64,000 bases of DNA from a virus, in IMG/VR virus record IMGVR_UViG_3300034105_002260; one strand, written 5' to 3'. Below are positions 8,594-16,885 of this stretch, piece by piece (position 1 is the first letter of the stretch; each line of letters begins with the position of its first letter). The notes beneath the pieces are model-generated. The model did not search any database, had not been told where the DNA came from, and saw only the letters and a program-made list of their open reading frames with translations. The position numbers and the translations under genes are program-made.

Positions 8594-8612
8594 ACTTTAT
8601 TAATAAATAGAA

Positions 8613-8646
8613 ATGGGTTGGGAAAAATCTCTCCCAACCCATATTT
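8613..8646 (-). terminator. Intrinsic terminator / hairpin
   Basis: atgggttggga...tcccaacccat inverted repeat. Confidence 0.65.
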
Positions 8647-8648
8647 GG

Positions 8649-8837
8649 TTACTTAACCTCTTCTTTTTTAGAAGAGTCAGTAGGAGTTGCCACTACAGTA
8701 GAGTCAATTGCGTTAACCGCAGCTGAATCAACATTAACCGATGTTGAGTCTGTTTGTTCAGTTGTGGTAGACCCTGTACCACACGCAGTTAATGCTACAA
8801 TAGCAGAAAGTGCGAAAACGAATATATATTTCTTCAT
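8649..8837 (-). CDS. Small Ser/Thr-rich lipoprotein
   Basis: Lipobox LTA-C; DST and DSA sequons. Confidence 0.7.
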   Translation of the reverse strand: MKKYIFVFALSAIVALTACGTGSTTTEQTDSTSVNVDSAAVNAIDSTVVATPTDSSKKEEVK

Positions 8838-8883
8838 AAGTGTAAATATACGAAGAAATAATGATTATACCAAATTTAGCAAT

Positions 8884-8912
8884 AAAAAACCCCAACGATG
8901 TGTCGGGGTTTT
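8884..8912 (-). terminator. Intrinsic terminator
   Basis: Minus strand aaaaccccgac...gttggggtttttt. Confidence 0.7.
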
Positions 8913-8990
8913 AAGGTCTTTCGGTGGGTTCAACCCCACTTACTTATGAAAAAAAACGAAAAGGTAATCGACAAAGAGAACCTCCAAGAA
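8885..8990 (-). ncRNA. Candidate small structured late ncRNA
   Basis: TATTTATA motif at 8991-8998 (minus), pairing between the 5' and 3' ends, internal hairpin, terminator, no credible ORF. Confidence 0.35.
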
Positions 8991-9026
8991 TATAAATATA
9001 TATGCTTTATGTAAAAAGTCAACTAT

Positions 9027-11045
9027 TTACAATAATTTTTTTACAATCGTTAGTTTTTCAGCCTTATACTTTAAAGTAATATTCTCATTTTCTTTAATAT
9101 TTCCTCGTAATATTTCTTCACTTAGGAAATCTTCACATAAATTTTGAATGATACGTTTTAAAGGTCTTGCACCATATTCCTCTTGGGTGTTTAATTCATA
9201 AATTCTATCAATTACAGATTTATCAAAAGTAATCTTATAACCCTTATCGGTTAATCTATTATTTAATTTACCAACCTCAATTTGAATAATCTTTTTAAGA
9301 GTTTCTTCGTTAAGTGCGTTAAATAAAATAATATCATCAATACGATTTAGGAATTCAGGATTAAATTGTTGTTTTAATGCCTTTTGTATGATTGATCTTT
9401 TAACCTCAGATTTTTGTTGTTCGCTCGATACAGTGGTAAATCCAACCCCACCCCCAAAATCAGAAACACGCTTTGCTCCAACGTTAGAAGTCATAATAAT
9501 GATTGTGTTGGTGAAGTTTACTTTTCTACCAAATGAATCGGTTAAATGTCCCTCATCTAAAATTTGTAATAAAATATTGAATACATCTTTATGTGCTTTC
9601 TCAATTTCATCAAATAAAATCACAGAGAAGGGGTTATTTTTAACTTTCTCAGTCAATTGACCTCCTTCATCATATCCAACATAACCTGGAGGAGAACCAA
9701 TTAGTTTTGATACATTGTGTTTTTCCATAAACTCACTCATATCAACTCGAATTATTTTTTCGGGATCACCAAACAATAACTCAGCAATTGATTTAGCTAA
9801 GAATGTTTTACCAACACCCGTGGAACCAATAAAAATAAATGAACCAATTGGTTTATTTGCTTCTTTAATACCCACACGGTTTCTTCTGATTGATTTAGAG
9901 ATAGTTGCAATTGCGTCATCTTGTCCGATTACCTTAGCAGATAAAAGAGATTCCATTTTTAAAAGTTTCTCAGTTTCTTTAGAGTCTAATTTAGTAATTG
10001 GAACACCTGTCATATCTGATATAATATTATAAACATCATCAACAGTAACTGGTGTTTTATTTTCTTTTAAACTATCTGACCATTTTTGTTTCTCATCTTC
10101 AAGTTTAGTGATTAACTTTCTTTCCTCATCCCTTAATTTTGCGGCTTGTTCATAATTTTGACTCTTAACCACTTGAATCTTTTTTTCTTTAATTTCATCA
10201 ACTGATTTTTTCAATTTCTCAATTGACTCTGGTATTCTACTACTTACTCTTTTTTCCGAACCCAATTCATCTAATACATCAATAGCTTTATCTGGAAATT
10301 GTCTATCTGTAATGTATCTATTTGAAAGTTTGACAACTGTTTCAATAACATTATCTTCATATTGTACCTTATGAAACGTTTCGTATGATGATTTAAGATT
10401 TTTTAATATCTCAATTGTTTCAGATTGATTTGGTTCCTTTAGAATGATTTTTTGAAATCTCCTTACAAGTGCCGAATCTTTTTCTAAATGTTTCTTATAT
10501 TCATCAAAAGTAGTTGCTCCAATACATTGAATCTCACCTCTTGCAAGTGCTGGTTTTAATATGTTAGCAGCATCCATTGCACCACTAGCATTTCCCGCTC
10601 CAACCATTGTATGTAATTCATCAATAAAAACCACAACGTTAGTTACTTGTTGTAACTCATTTAAAATCGCCTTAATCCTTTCTTCAAATTGTCCACGATA
10701 TTTTGTACCCGCAACAAGTGAAGTTAAATCAAGGGAAACGACTCTCTTATCCAAAAGATTGGTGGGACATTCACCCTTATAAATCATTAAAGCCAATTTT
10801 TCAACTAACGCAGTTTTACCCACACCAGCGTCTCCCACGATAACTGCATTATTTTTTTTCTTACGGGACAGAATCTGTGCAATTCTTTTCACTTCTTTAT
10901 CTCGACCAATTACTGGGTCAATTTTACCTTCTTCCGCAATCTTAGTTAGGTCCCTTGAGAAATTATCTAAAATTGGTGTTTCTGAACCTTTACGAACTTT
11001 CCTTGGGTTAGTTTGTGGTCCTTCTTCAAAAAAATCTACAGCCAT
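9027..11045 (-). CDS. clpC: ClpC-like AAA+ chaperone lacking the N-terminal Clp_N domain
   Basis: Two AAA modules ([13 protein letters not shown]; [16 protein letters not shown]), UVR coiled coil, VGF ClpP-docking loop. Start placed at MAVDFF, downstream of the promoter. Confidence 0.85.
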   Translation of the reverse strand: MAVDFFEEGPQTNPRKVRKGSETPILDNFSRDLTKIAEEGKIDPVIGRDKEVKRIAQILSRKKKNNAVIVGDAGVGKTALVEKLALMIYKGECPTNLLDKRVVSLDLTSLVAGTKYRGQFEERIKAILNELQQVTNVVVFIDELHTMVGAGNASGAMDAANILKPALARGEIQCIGATTFDEYKKHLEKDSALVRRFQKIILKEPNQSETIEILKNLKSSYETFHKVQYEDNVIETVVKLSNRYITDRQFPDKAIDVLDELGSEKRVSSRIPESIEKLKKSVDEIKEKKIQVVKSQNYEQAAKLRDEERKLITKLEDEKQKWSDSLKENKTPVTVDDVYNIISDMTGVPITKLDSKETEKLLKMESLLSAKVIGQDDAIATISKSIRRNRVGIKEANKPIGSFIFIGSTGVGKTFLAKSIAELLFGDPEKIIRVDMSEFMEKHNVSKLIGSPPGYVGYDEGGQLTEKVKNNPFSVILFDEIEKAHKDVFNILLQILDEGHLTDSFGRKVNFTNTIIIMTSNVGAKRVSDFGGGVGFTTVSSEQQKSEVKRSIIQKALKQQFNPEFLNRIDDIILFNALNEETLKKIIQIEVGKLNNRLTDKGYKITFDKSVIDRIYELNTQEEYGARPLKRIIQNLCEDFLSEEILRGNIKENENITLKYKAEKLTIVKKLL

Positions 11046-11066
11046 ATTAATAAGTTTTATTTTGTA

Positions 11067-11097
11067 CAAATGTAACATAAATTATTCTAAAAACAAA
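11067..11097 (-). promoter_or_regulatory. Bacteroidota sigmaA-type promoter for clpC
   Basis: TTTG-N19-TACATTTG on the minus strand. Confidence 0.65.
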
Positions 11098-11101
11098 ATT
11101 A

Positions 11102-11172
11102 AGACAAAATGTCTAAAAAAATGTCTAACAAATGTCTAAATGTCACTTTTAGACATTTGGCAAATAAATTGT
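11102..11172 (+). promoter_or_regulatory. AAATGTCTA repeat array plus sigma54-like TGGCA-N6-TTGT element upstream of hsp20
   Basis: Three exact direct copies, one variant, an inverted copy and an AGACA-N3-TGTCT palindrome; GG-N10-GT spacing. Confidence 0.45.
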
Positions 11173-11197
11173 ACAAAAGTACAAAAACAATATTATT

Positions 11198-11566
11198 ATG
11201 ATAACATTATTTAAAGACCCGTTCTTCAACACATTGGATAATGTGTTTGAACAATCGAGAGTAGGAACCTCTCCACAAATAAACGTTACTAAAAACGAAA
11301 TGGAGTATAAGGTTCTTATGGGTGTTCCTGGTTTAACCAAGGAAGATTTAAAAATCACCATTAAAGATGGTATAATTAAAATTTCTTATTCAAAAGAAGA
11401 AAAGAGTGAAACGTCCCACTTTGTGAATAGTTTCACCAAATCTTACTCATTACCTGATGACGTTAAAGAAAAAGATGTTGAGGGTAAGGTTGAAAATGGA
11501 ATTTTAGAACTAACGTTACCGATTGATAAAAAGAAGCCGTTAGAAAGAATTATATCTCTTAATTAA
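11198..11566 (+). CDS. Hsp20/alpha-crystallin small heat-shock protein
   Basis: VPGLTKEDLKI, F.KSYSLP..V, VENGILELTLP. Confidence 0.9.
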   Translation: MITLFKDPFFNTLDNVFEQSRVGTSPQINVTKNEMEYKVLMGVPGLTKEDLKITIKDGIIKISYSKEEKSETSHFVNSFTKSYSLPDDVKEKDVEGKVENGILELTLPIDKKKPLERIISLN

Positions 11567-11570
11567 TAAA

Positions 11571-11594
11571 GACCCCCAATTATGGGGGTTTTTT
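11571..11594 (+). terminator. Intrinsic terminator
   Basis: gaccccca-atta-tgggggtt followed by a T tract. Confidence 0.75.
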
Positions 11595-11631
11595 ATTATT
11601 TACCAATATTTATATAGAAATATAGAATATT

Positions 11632-12183
11632 ATGGGAAGAATATTAAGATTGACCGAATCTGAATTAACTAAAATGATACAAGAAATGATAGACGCAAAT
11701 GAAATGGCGTTATCACATCAAGATTTCCAAACATCGGAAGATTTATCTGATTTAAGAGCGGCAATCGAATCTAACAAAATTGTAAGTGTTGCGTTTGTTA
11801 AAAAAGATGGTACCGTTAGACATATGGCGATTAAGAAATATCTAAGTTCATATGAGTCTAGTGACAAACCAAAATCTGAAAAACAAATTAATATAGATTC
11901 AAATAACGATATGAAAACCGTTGTAGATATTAATTCATACATCAAATTAGTAAAAGGTGGTATGGAAAAAAGTGAAGCCTCGGCTAAATCATTCAGAAGA
12001 GTATTATTAGCTAATGTTTTAGGTTTCTTGGTTGGGGGTAAATTCAAAGATTTACGTCAAGAGAACAACATTCAAGAGAGATATGGAGAAGAAGTTTTCA
12101 ATTCATTAACTAAATCAATGGTAAGAGCGATGGACGCTGAACAAAATCAACAAGACGCTGATTTACAGGAATGTATGAAATAA
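11632..12183 (+). CDS. Late hypothetical protein with SH3/WYL-like (DUF2693-like) domain
   Basis: VSVAFVKKDGTVRHM; N-terminal RLTESEL; late motif at 11607. Confidence 0.5.
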   Translation: MGRILRLTESELTKMIQEMIDANEMALSHQDFQTSEDLSDLRAAIESNKIVSVAFVKKDGTVRHMAIKKYLSSYESSDKPKSEKQINIDSNNDMKTVVDINSYIKLVKGGMEKSEASAKSFRRVLLANVLGFLVGGKFKDLRQENNIQERYGEEVFNSLTKSMVRAMDAEQNQQDADLQECMK

Positions 12184-12207
12184 TCAAGAAATTATTGAAA
12201 ATATATA

Positions 12208-12233
12208 GACCCCTCACAAACGAGGGGTTTTTT
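12208..12233 (+). terminator. Intrinsic terminator
   Basis: gacccctc-acaaac-gaggggtt followed by a T tract. Confidence 0.75.
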
Positions 12234-12275
12234 ATTTGATATTTATTTAGTATATTCTTATAAAAACATAAAACT

Positions 12276-12521
12276 ATGGGTATTATATCAGAATCGATTA
12301 ATGGTAACTTGATTGAAGTTACAATTAAATCATCAAACTTACAGAGTGCAACATATTTCACTGAAGAAGAGAAATTATCGGTAACTTTTAATAATGGATC
12401 TATTTATGAATACGAAAAGATTCCTTGGGCTAAGTTCACTAAATTTAGAATGGCCGAATCCCAGGGGAAGTATTTTAATCAGGAGATATCCAAAACACAC
12501 AAATTTACCAAAGTAAAATGA
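12276..12521 (+). CDS. KTSC domain protein
   Basis: SSNLQSATY...L.VTFNNGSIYEY..IP......AESQGKYFN..I. Confidence 0.85.
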   Translation: MGIISESINGNLIEVTIKSSNLQSATYFTEEEKLSVTFNNGSIYEYEKIPWAKFTKFRMAESQGKYFNQEISKTHKFTKVK

Positions 12522-13291
12522 GTTTATTTGAAGAACTAGTTGAGTACACTAAAGATGACGAAAAGATAGTTAAATCTTTTGAAACCAAAGACACTTTGTC
12601 AAATGAAATTTTTGACGAATCAAAGGATGGTTTCAAAATGAAAGAAGTCGTTAGAAAACGTTTGCTTGAGATTGCTGACGATTTTGTTGAATCTTTTGGT
12701 ATTGAATTCTTTATTCACGACATAGTATTGACTGGTTCTTTATCAAATTACAATTGGTCGGAATTTTCTGATGTCGATTTACACGTATTAATAGATATGG
12801 GTGAAATAGATGGTGATAACGATTCACCCATTCTACAGACAATCATTAAAGAATTTTTCGATGCTAAAAAGAATGTTTGGAATGAGAAACACGACATCAA
12901 GATTAAAGGTTTTGATGTGGAAGTTTATGTTCAAGATGTGGAGGAACCGCACATTTCTTCGGGTGTTTATTCTATTTTACACGATAAGTGGGAAATTGAA
13001 CCTAAAAAGGAAACACCTAACATTGACGATAGAAAAATATTGGAGAAGGGTGAGGACTTTGCTAAGAAAATAGATCAATTGATTGATTTGGGACTTAGTA
13101 ATGAAGTTTTACCTAAGATTGAATCGTTAAGAAAAAAATTAAAACAATTCAGACAAAGTGGTTTAGAGTCGGGTGGAGAGTATTCTTATGAGAATCTAAC
13201 CTTTAAATTACTTAGAAGAAACGGATACATCGATAAGTTACTAAAACTAAAAACGGACATAACAGATAAGAAATTGTCCATAACACAATAG
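12518..13291 (+). CDS. Pol-beta superfamily nucleotidyltransferase
   Basis: LTGSL.NYNWS..SDVDLHV plus a third acidic residue in DVEVYVQ. Confidence 0.75.
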   Translation: MSLFEELVEYTKDDEKIVKSFETKDTLSNEIFDESKDGFKMKEVVRKRLLEIADDFVESFGIEFFIHDIVLTGSLSNYNWSEFSDVDLHVLIDMGEIDGDNDSPILQTIIKEFFDAKKNVWNEKHDIKIKGFDVEVYVQDVEEPHISSGVYSILHDKWEIEPKKETPNIDDRKILEKGEDFAKKIDQLIDLGLSNEVLPKIESLRKKLKQFRQSGLESGGEYSYENLTFKLLRRNGYIDKLLKLKTDITDKKLSITQ

Positions 13292-13362
13292 GGAACCTTA
13301 TTTTTTTCTATATATCTATGTATTTATAGGATAAGAATAAGTATATCTTAATTAATATCAAA

Positions 13363-14430
13363 ATGGCAGAATTTAAATCACTTGGAAGTGAGAAATTAAA
13401 CGGGGATGACAAATTAAAAAGAATCCTCGAATTAACTTACTATAAGAACGCAAATAATAACCAACAATCAAAATCAACAGAATTAGTTTCAGAAGCTAAG
13501 AATGGTGGTGGAGTATATGGTATCGTTAGAGAAAAAGACGGATACTATGTTAAAAGAGGATTAAACGAATCGTCACTCGATTATATCGGTGGTATGTTTA
13601 TGAAGAATAAAAACAAATTTTCTTCATACGCTGAAGCGTTAAAAAGACTTGAATTGGTTAAGGGTCAAGAAGAACTACAAGAAGCAACAAAATATGTTTT
13701 AAAACAAAACAAACCTCAAGAAGAGATGCCCGCTCCTGAAGCTATGGATGCACCAGCACCTGTTGCTGAACCATCTTCAGATATGCCAGCTCCTGATATG
13801 GAGGCACCTGCCGCTGAACCATCTTCAGATATGCCAGCTCCTGATATGGAGGCTCCAGATACTGAAGTTCCATCGGACGATATGGGTGGTGAAGATATGG
13901 GTGGTGAAACAAGTTCGGAAGGAAAACCTTCTGATTATATGGCTGAAGTACAAAAATTTGCAGGTAAACTTGGTCAAGAATTAAGAGATCAAAAAGAAAA
14001 AATGGAGAGTGATGATATTAAGTATGTTCTTAATATGATTATATCCGCAGTTGATTTAGATAAACTTGAAGAAGAGGATATCGAAGAGATTTCTAAGAAA
14101 TTTGAAAGAGATGAAGATTTTGGTGATGATGAGGAAATTCCAGCTGAAGAACCTGAAATGGGTGATGATGAAGAAGTTCCAACTGAAGAACCTACATCTG
14201 ATGAGGATATTGATGAAGAATTATCAATGGCGAGACTAACAGGTGAATATGAACCAATGGACGCTTTAGAATCATTTATTAATACACCCGTTGAAACTGG
14301 TGAAATTGATTTATCAAAATATGCGGATATTGATGAAGAATCTGATGATATTCAAGAAATTGATATGGATAAAATCAAAAATGAAATTAATCAAAGTGTT
14401 GGTGAAACACTAAGCAAATATTTCAAATAA
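13363..14430 (+). CDS. Acidic late protein, probably head-associated
   Basis: Late motif at 13321; LxE motifs; Pro/Asp/Glu-rich. Confidence 0.6.
   Translation: MAEFKSLGSEKLNGDDKLKRILELTYYKNANNNQQSKSTELVSEAKNGGGVYGIVREKDGYYVKRGLNESSLDYIGGMFMKNKNKFSSYAEALKRLELVKGQEELQEATKYVLKQNKPQEEMPAPEAMDAPAPVAEPSSDMPAPDMEAPAAEPSSDMPAPDMEAPDTEVPSDDMGGEDMGGETSSEGKPSDYMAEVQKFAGKLGQELRDQKEKMESDDIKYVLNMIISAVDLDKLEEEDIEEISKKFERDEDFGDDEEIPAEEPEMGDDEEVPTEEPTSDEDIDEELSMARLTGEYEPMDALESFINTPVETGEIDLSKYADIDEESDDIQEIDMDKIKNEINQSVGETLSKYFK
13765..13853 (+). repeat. In-frame tandem duplication, 48-nt period (AEPSSDMPAPDMEA x2)
   Basis: 41 identical nt at 13765 and 13813. Confidence 0.9.
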
Positions 14431-14431
14431 A

Positions 14432-14833
14432 ATGAATCTAATCTATGTCAATGAAATTGGTTCAGATTATAAAGGTCAAAAACAGTACGAATTTATCTTT
14501 AGTTCATCAACTGAAATTGACATAGAGGAATGGTTTGTTATACCGGCCTCAGCAACATCTGGATCTAAATCACCTGAAATAGAATATGTGGACTTAGTTG
14601 GTCTATTAAAAAATACCGATTTAAAATTAGAATTAGTTCAAGACTCCGATTATTTCGGAGTTATTGATGCTGTAGATGGTGTAGTTGCATTGGCTTGGGA
14701 GAAATTTGATTTTGAATCTGAGTTCGATAGACTTACATTTAAGTTTGGAGAATCTTTGGAATCTGTTTCTAAAAAACTAAAACAAAGAGATTATCAATTA
14801 TTAAAAGAAGAGATAAAATTCAAAGAATTATGA
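14432..14833 (+). CDS. Hypothetical phage protein
   Basis: 133-aa ORF within the operon. Confidence 0.65.
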   Translation: MNLIYVNEIGSDYKGQKQYEFIFSSSTEIDIEEWFVIPASATSGSKSPEIEYVDLVGLLKNTDLKLELVQDSDYFGVIDAVDGVVALAWEKFDFESEFDRLTFKFGESLESVSKKLKQRDYQLLKEEIKFKEL

Positions 14834-15519
14834 AAAGAAATGAAATTATTCAATCCTTATTAAAAGAAGGATTTTCAGAAAAAACACTAGTTAATTTTAG
14901 TGATAGACAACTTGCAACATTTGCAAGTAGAATATTAGGTGAGGCAGATATAATGATATCAAAAAAAGATCCATTAGTTAATCAAAAGATTAAAGATGCT
15001 AAAGATAAAAACCAATCTATTGAAACATACGAAGAGGAAATGAAAGAAGAATTAAAGGGTAATCAGAAAAAATTGGATAAGAACCACAATGGTGAGATAG
15101 ATGCTCAAGATTTCAAAATTTTAAAAGGTCAAAAAAAGAAAGATTCTAATAAAAAAGACAAAAAGGAAAATATAAAAGAGTGGGTATCTTCTGTTACTAA
15201 CAAAAATTTTCATAGTTTTACATCTAAAAATGAAATTATGGAAATGATTCAATTTAAATTACAAGAAGCTGGACCTAATGTTAAAGTAGGACACAATGGT
15301 ACTCCTGAGTTTATGACTTACGAAGCTGCACCTGAACCATCTAAACCTGGTACCGATGCACCTGTTAGAGAGAAACCAACAACAAAACCTGGTAAACCAA
15401 AAAGAGAAAATCCTTTTGAACCAAAACATAATCCAAAACCAAAAGCTGAAGGAGAAGAGGGATTACCTGAATTCTTAAAGTTTGATAAATTAGGAATTAA
15501 GTTCAAAAACTCAAAATAA
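14830..15519 (+). CDS. Hypothetical protein with an EF-hand-like loop
   Basis: LDKNHNGEIDAQDF; Pro/Lys-rich C-terminus. Confidence 0.6.
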   Translation: MKRNEIIQSLLKEGFSEKTLVNFSDRQLATFASRILGEADIMISKKDPLVNQKIKDAKDKNQSIETYEEEMKEELKGNQKKLDKNHNGEIDAQDFKILKGQKKKDSNKKDKKENIKEWVSSVTNKNFHSFTSKNEIMEMIQFKLQEAGPNVKVGHNGTPEFMTYEAAPEPSKPGTDAPVREKPTTKPGKPKRENPFEPKHNPKPKAEGEEGLPEFLKFDKLGIKFKNSK

Positions 15520-15521
15520 TT

Positions 15522-16841
15522 ATGTTTTCTAAGAAAAAATTGTTACATTTGATCGAACGAAATCTTATAGAGATGCCATTAGACTACGGTAACAATCCAG
15601 AAAGAATTAATCCTGATATAGCAGCAAAGCTAGCGGATAAAGAACATACATATAAAGATAACCCAGGCATTCCACAAGAAAAACCTGAAGGTTTACCTTC
15701 TAACTTTGAAGAGTTAATCGCATCAAAACGTTTTATTGATACAGTTCAAAAGGTAAAACATTATACTGGTTTCCAAGGTAATGTTACCGACCAAAATGCG
15801 TTCGCTCAATTATCTATGGCAGCTCGTCAGAATATGATGGACATTATGCAGTTCGAAAGAACATATAAACAAGAATTAGAACAATTAGCCGTTGAATTAG
15901 TTAAGAAAGAATTGGCAATACCGGAAGGGTCATTACAATTTGACGCTCTATTAGTTGGTATTGGTGAAATAGACAATTCTGGTTTTTCACAAGAAGAAGA
16001 AAATCCAACTGATGAAGAAGTTGAAGAACAATTTGGTGTAGACTCTGAAGAAGCTGGTGAAGATATTGAACAAACTATAAACGCTTTCGATAAATTTAAT
16101 GATGAAGTTGCAAAACGAAGATTATTAAATGCATTGATTCAAGGTTCAGCAAAAAAAGGTCATTATATGTTTGAGTTAGTTAATACACGACTTGAACAAA
16201 TGAGTACTGGAATTATAAGAAAGTATGGTGTGTTAATGTCAATTAACGACTTACTTTATTGGATATACCCTGATGATGCATTAATGAGTGCGGGTCAAGG
16301 AGGTGGTTTTGCGGGTAAAGAAGAACTTGATACCGAAACTAACCCACCAACTGTTAAAGCAAGAGGTGTATTTTTCCCTGTATTAGTTCACGAATTAATT
16401 AAAGGAACAATGGAGGTTTTGGCAACTCAAGGTTTACCTGATGATCCAAAATCAGCCGAAATGGTTATGAATAAAACCGACACTTTACCTGCAGAAATGT
16501 GGGACGTTAGATTCGGTCCAGTTATCTGGGAAAAATTCATCGAATCCTATCCTGATAAATTATTTGAAGACGATAAGAAGCATTTGGCAAATTATTTAAT
16601 ATCAAGATTTTCATCATTAACTACCGAAGAATTTTTTAAACTTACAAAGTTAATAATGAGAGGTGATAGATTAGGTAAAGAGATTATCGCAAGAATGGTT
16701 CAAGACATTGAAGAATCATTAAGAAATGAGGATTGGGAGGAAGAAGAATATAATATGGAATATGGTGACGAAGGTGGAGACGGGGATAATTTAGATGATT
16801 TACTTGGATCTCTTGGGATAAGGTTACCTGAAGACGAATAA
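15522..16841 (+). CDS. Hypothetical phage protein upstream of TerL
   Basis: 439-aa ORF; contains VLVHELIKG. Confidence 0.65.
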   Translation: MFSKKKLLHLIERNLIEMPLDYGNNPERINPDIAAKLADKEHTYKDNPGIPQEKPEGLPSNFEELIASKRFIDTVQKVKHYTGFQGNVTDQNAFAQLSMAARQNMMDIMQFERTYKQELEQLAVELVKKELAIPEGSLQFDALLVGIGEIDNSGFSQEEENPTDEEVEEQFGVDSEEAGEDIEQTINAFDKFNDEVAKRRLLNALIQGSAKKGHYMFELVNTRLEQMSTGIIRKYGVLMSINDLLYWIYPDDALMSAGQGGGFAGKEELDTETNPPTVKARGVFFPVLVHELIKGTMEVLATQGLPDDPKSAEMVMNKTDTLPAEMWDVRFGPVIWEKFIESYPDKLFEDDKKHLANYLISRFSSLTTEEFFKLTKLIMRGDRLGKEIIARMVQDIEESLRNEDWEEEEYNMEYGDEGGDGDNLDDLLGSLGIRLPEDE

Positions 16842-16845
16842 TACA

Positions 16846-16872
16846 AAGGTGGTAAGTTTTACCACCTTTTTT
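16846..16872 (+). terminator. Intrinsic terminator
   Basis: aaaggtggtaa...ttaccacctttt. Confidence 0.75.
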
Positions 16873-16885
16873 TGTATTTATATAT

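Noticed and set aside
8924-8940. GTGGGTTCAACCCCAC resembles a tRNA T-arm
   Set aside because: The loop is 6 nt, and no acceptor, D or anticodon arms can be built; treated as part of the minus-strand ncRNA candidate.
11102-11160. Short repeats as a mini CRISPR array
   Set aside because: 9-nt units with 0-3 nt gaps, no spacers and no cas genes.
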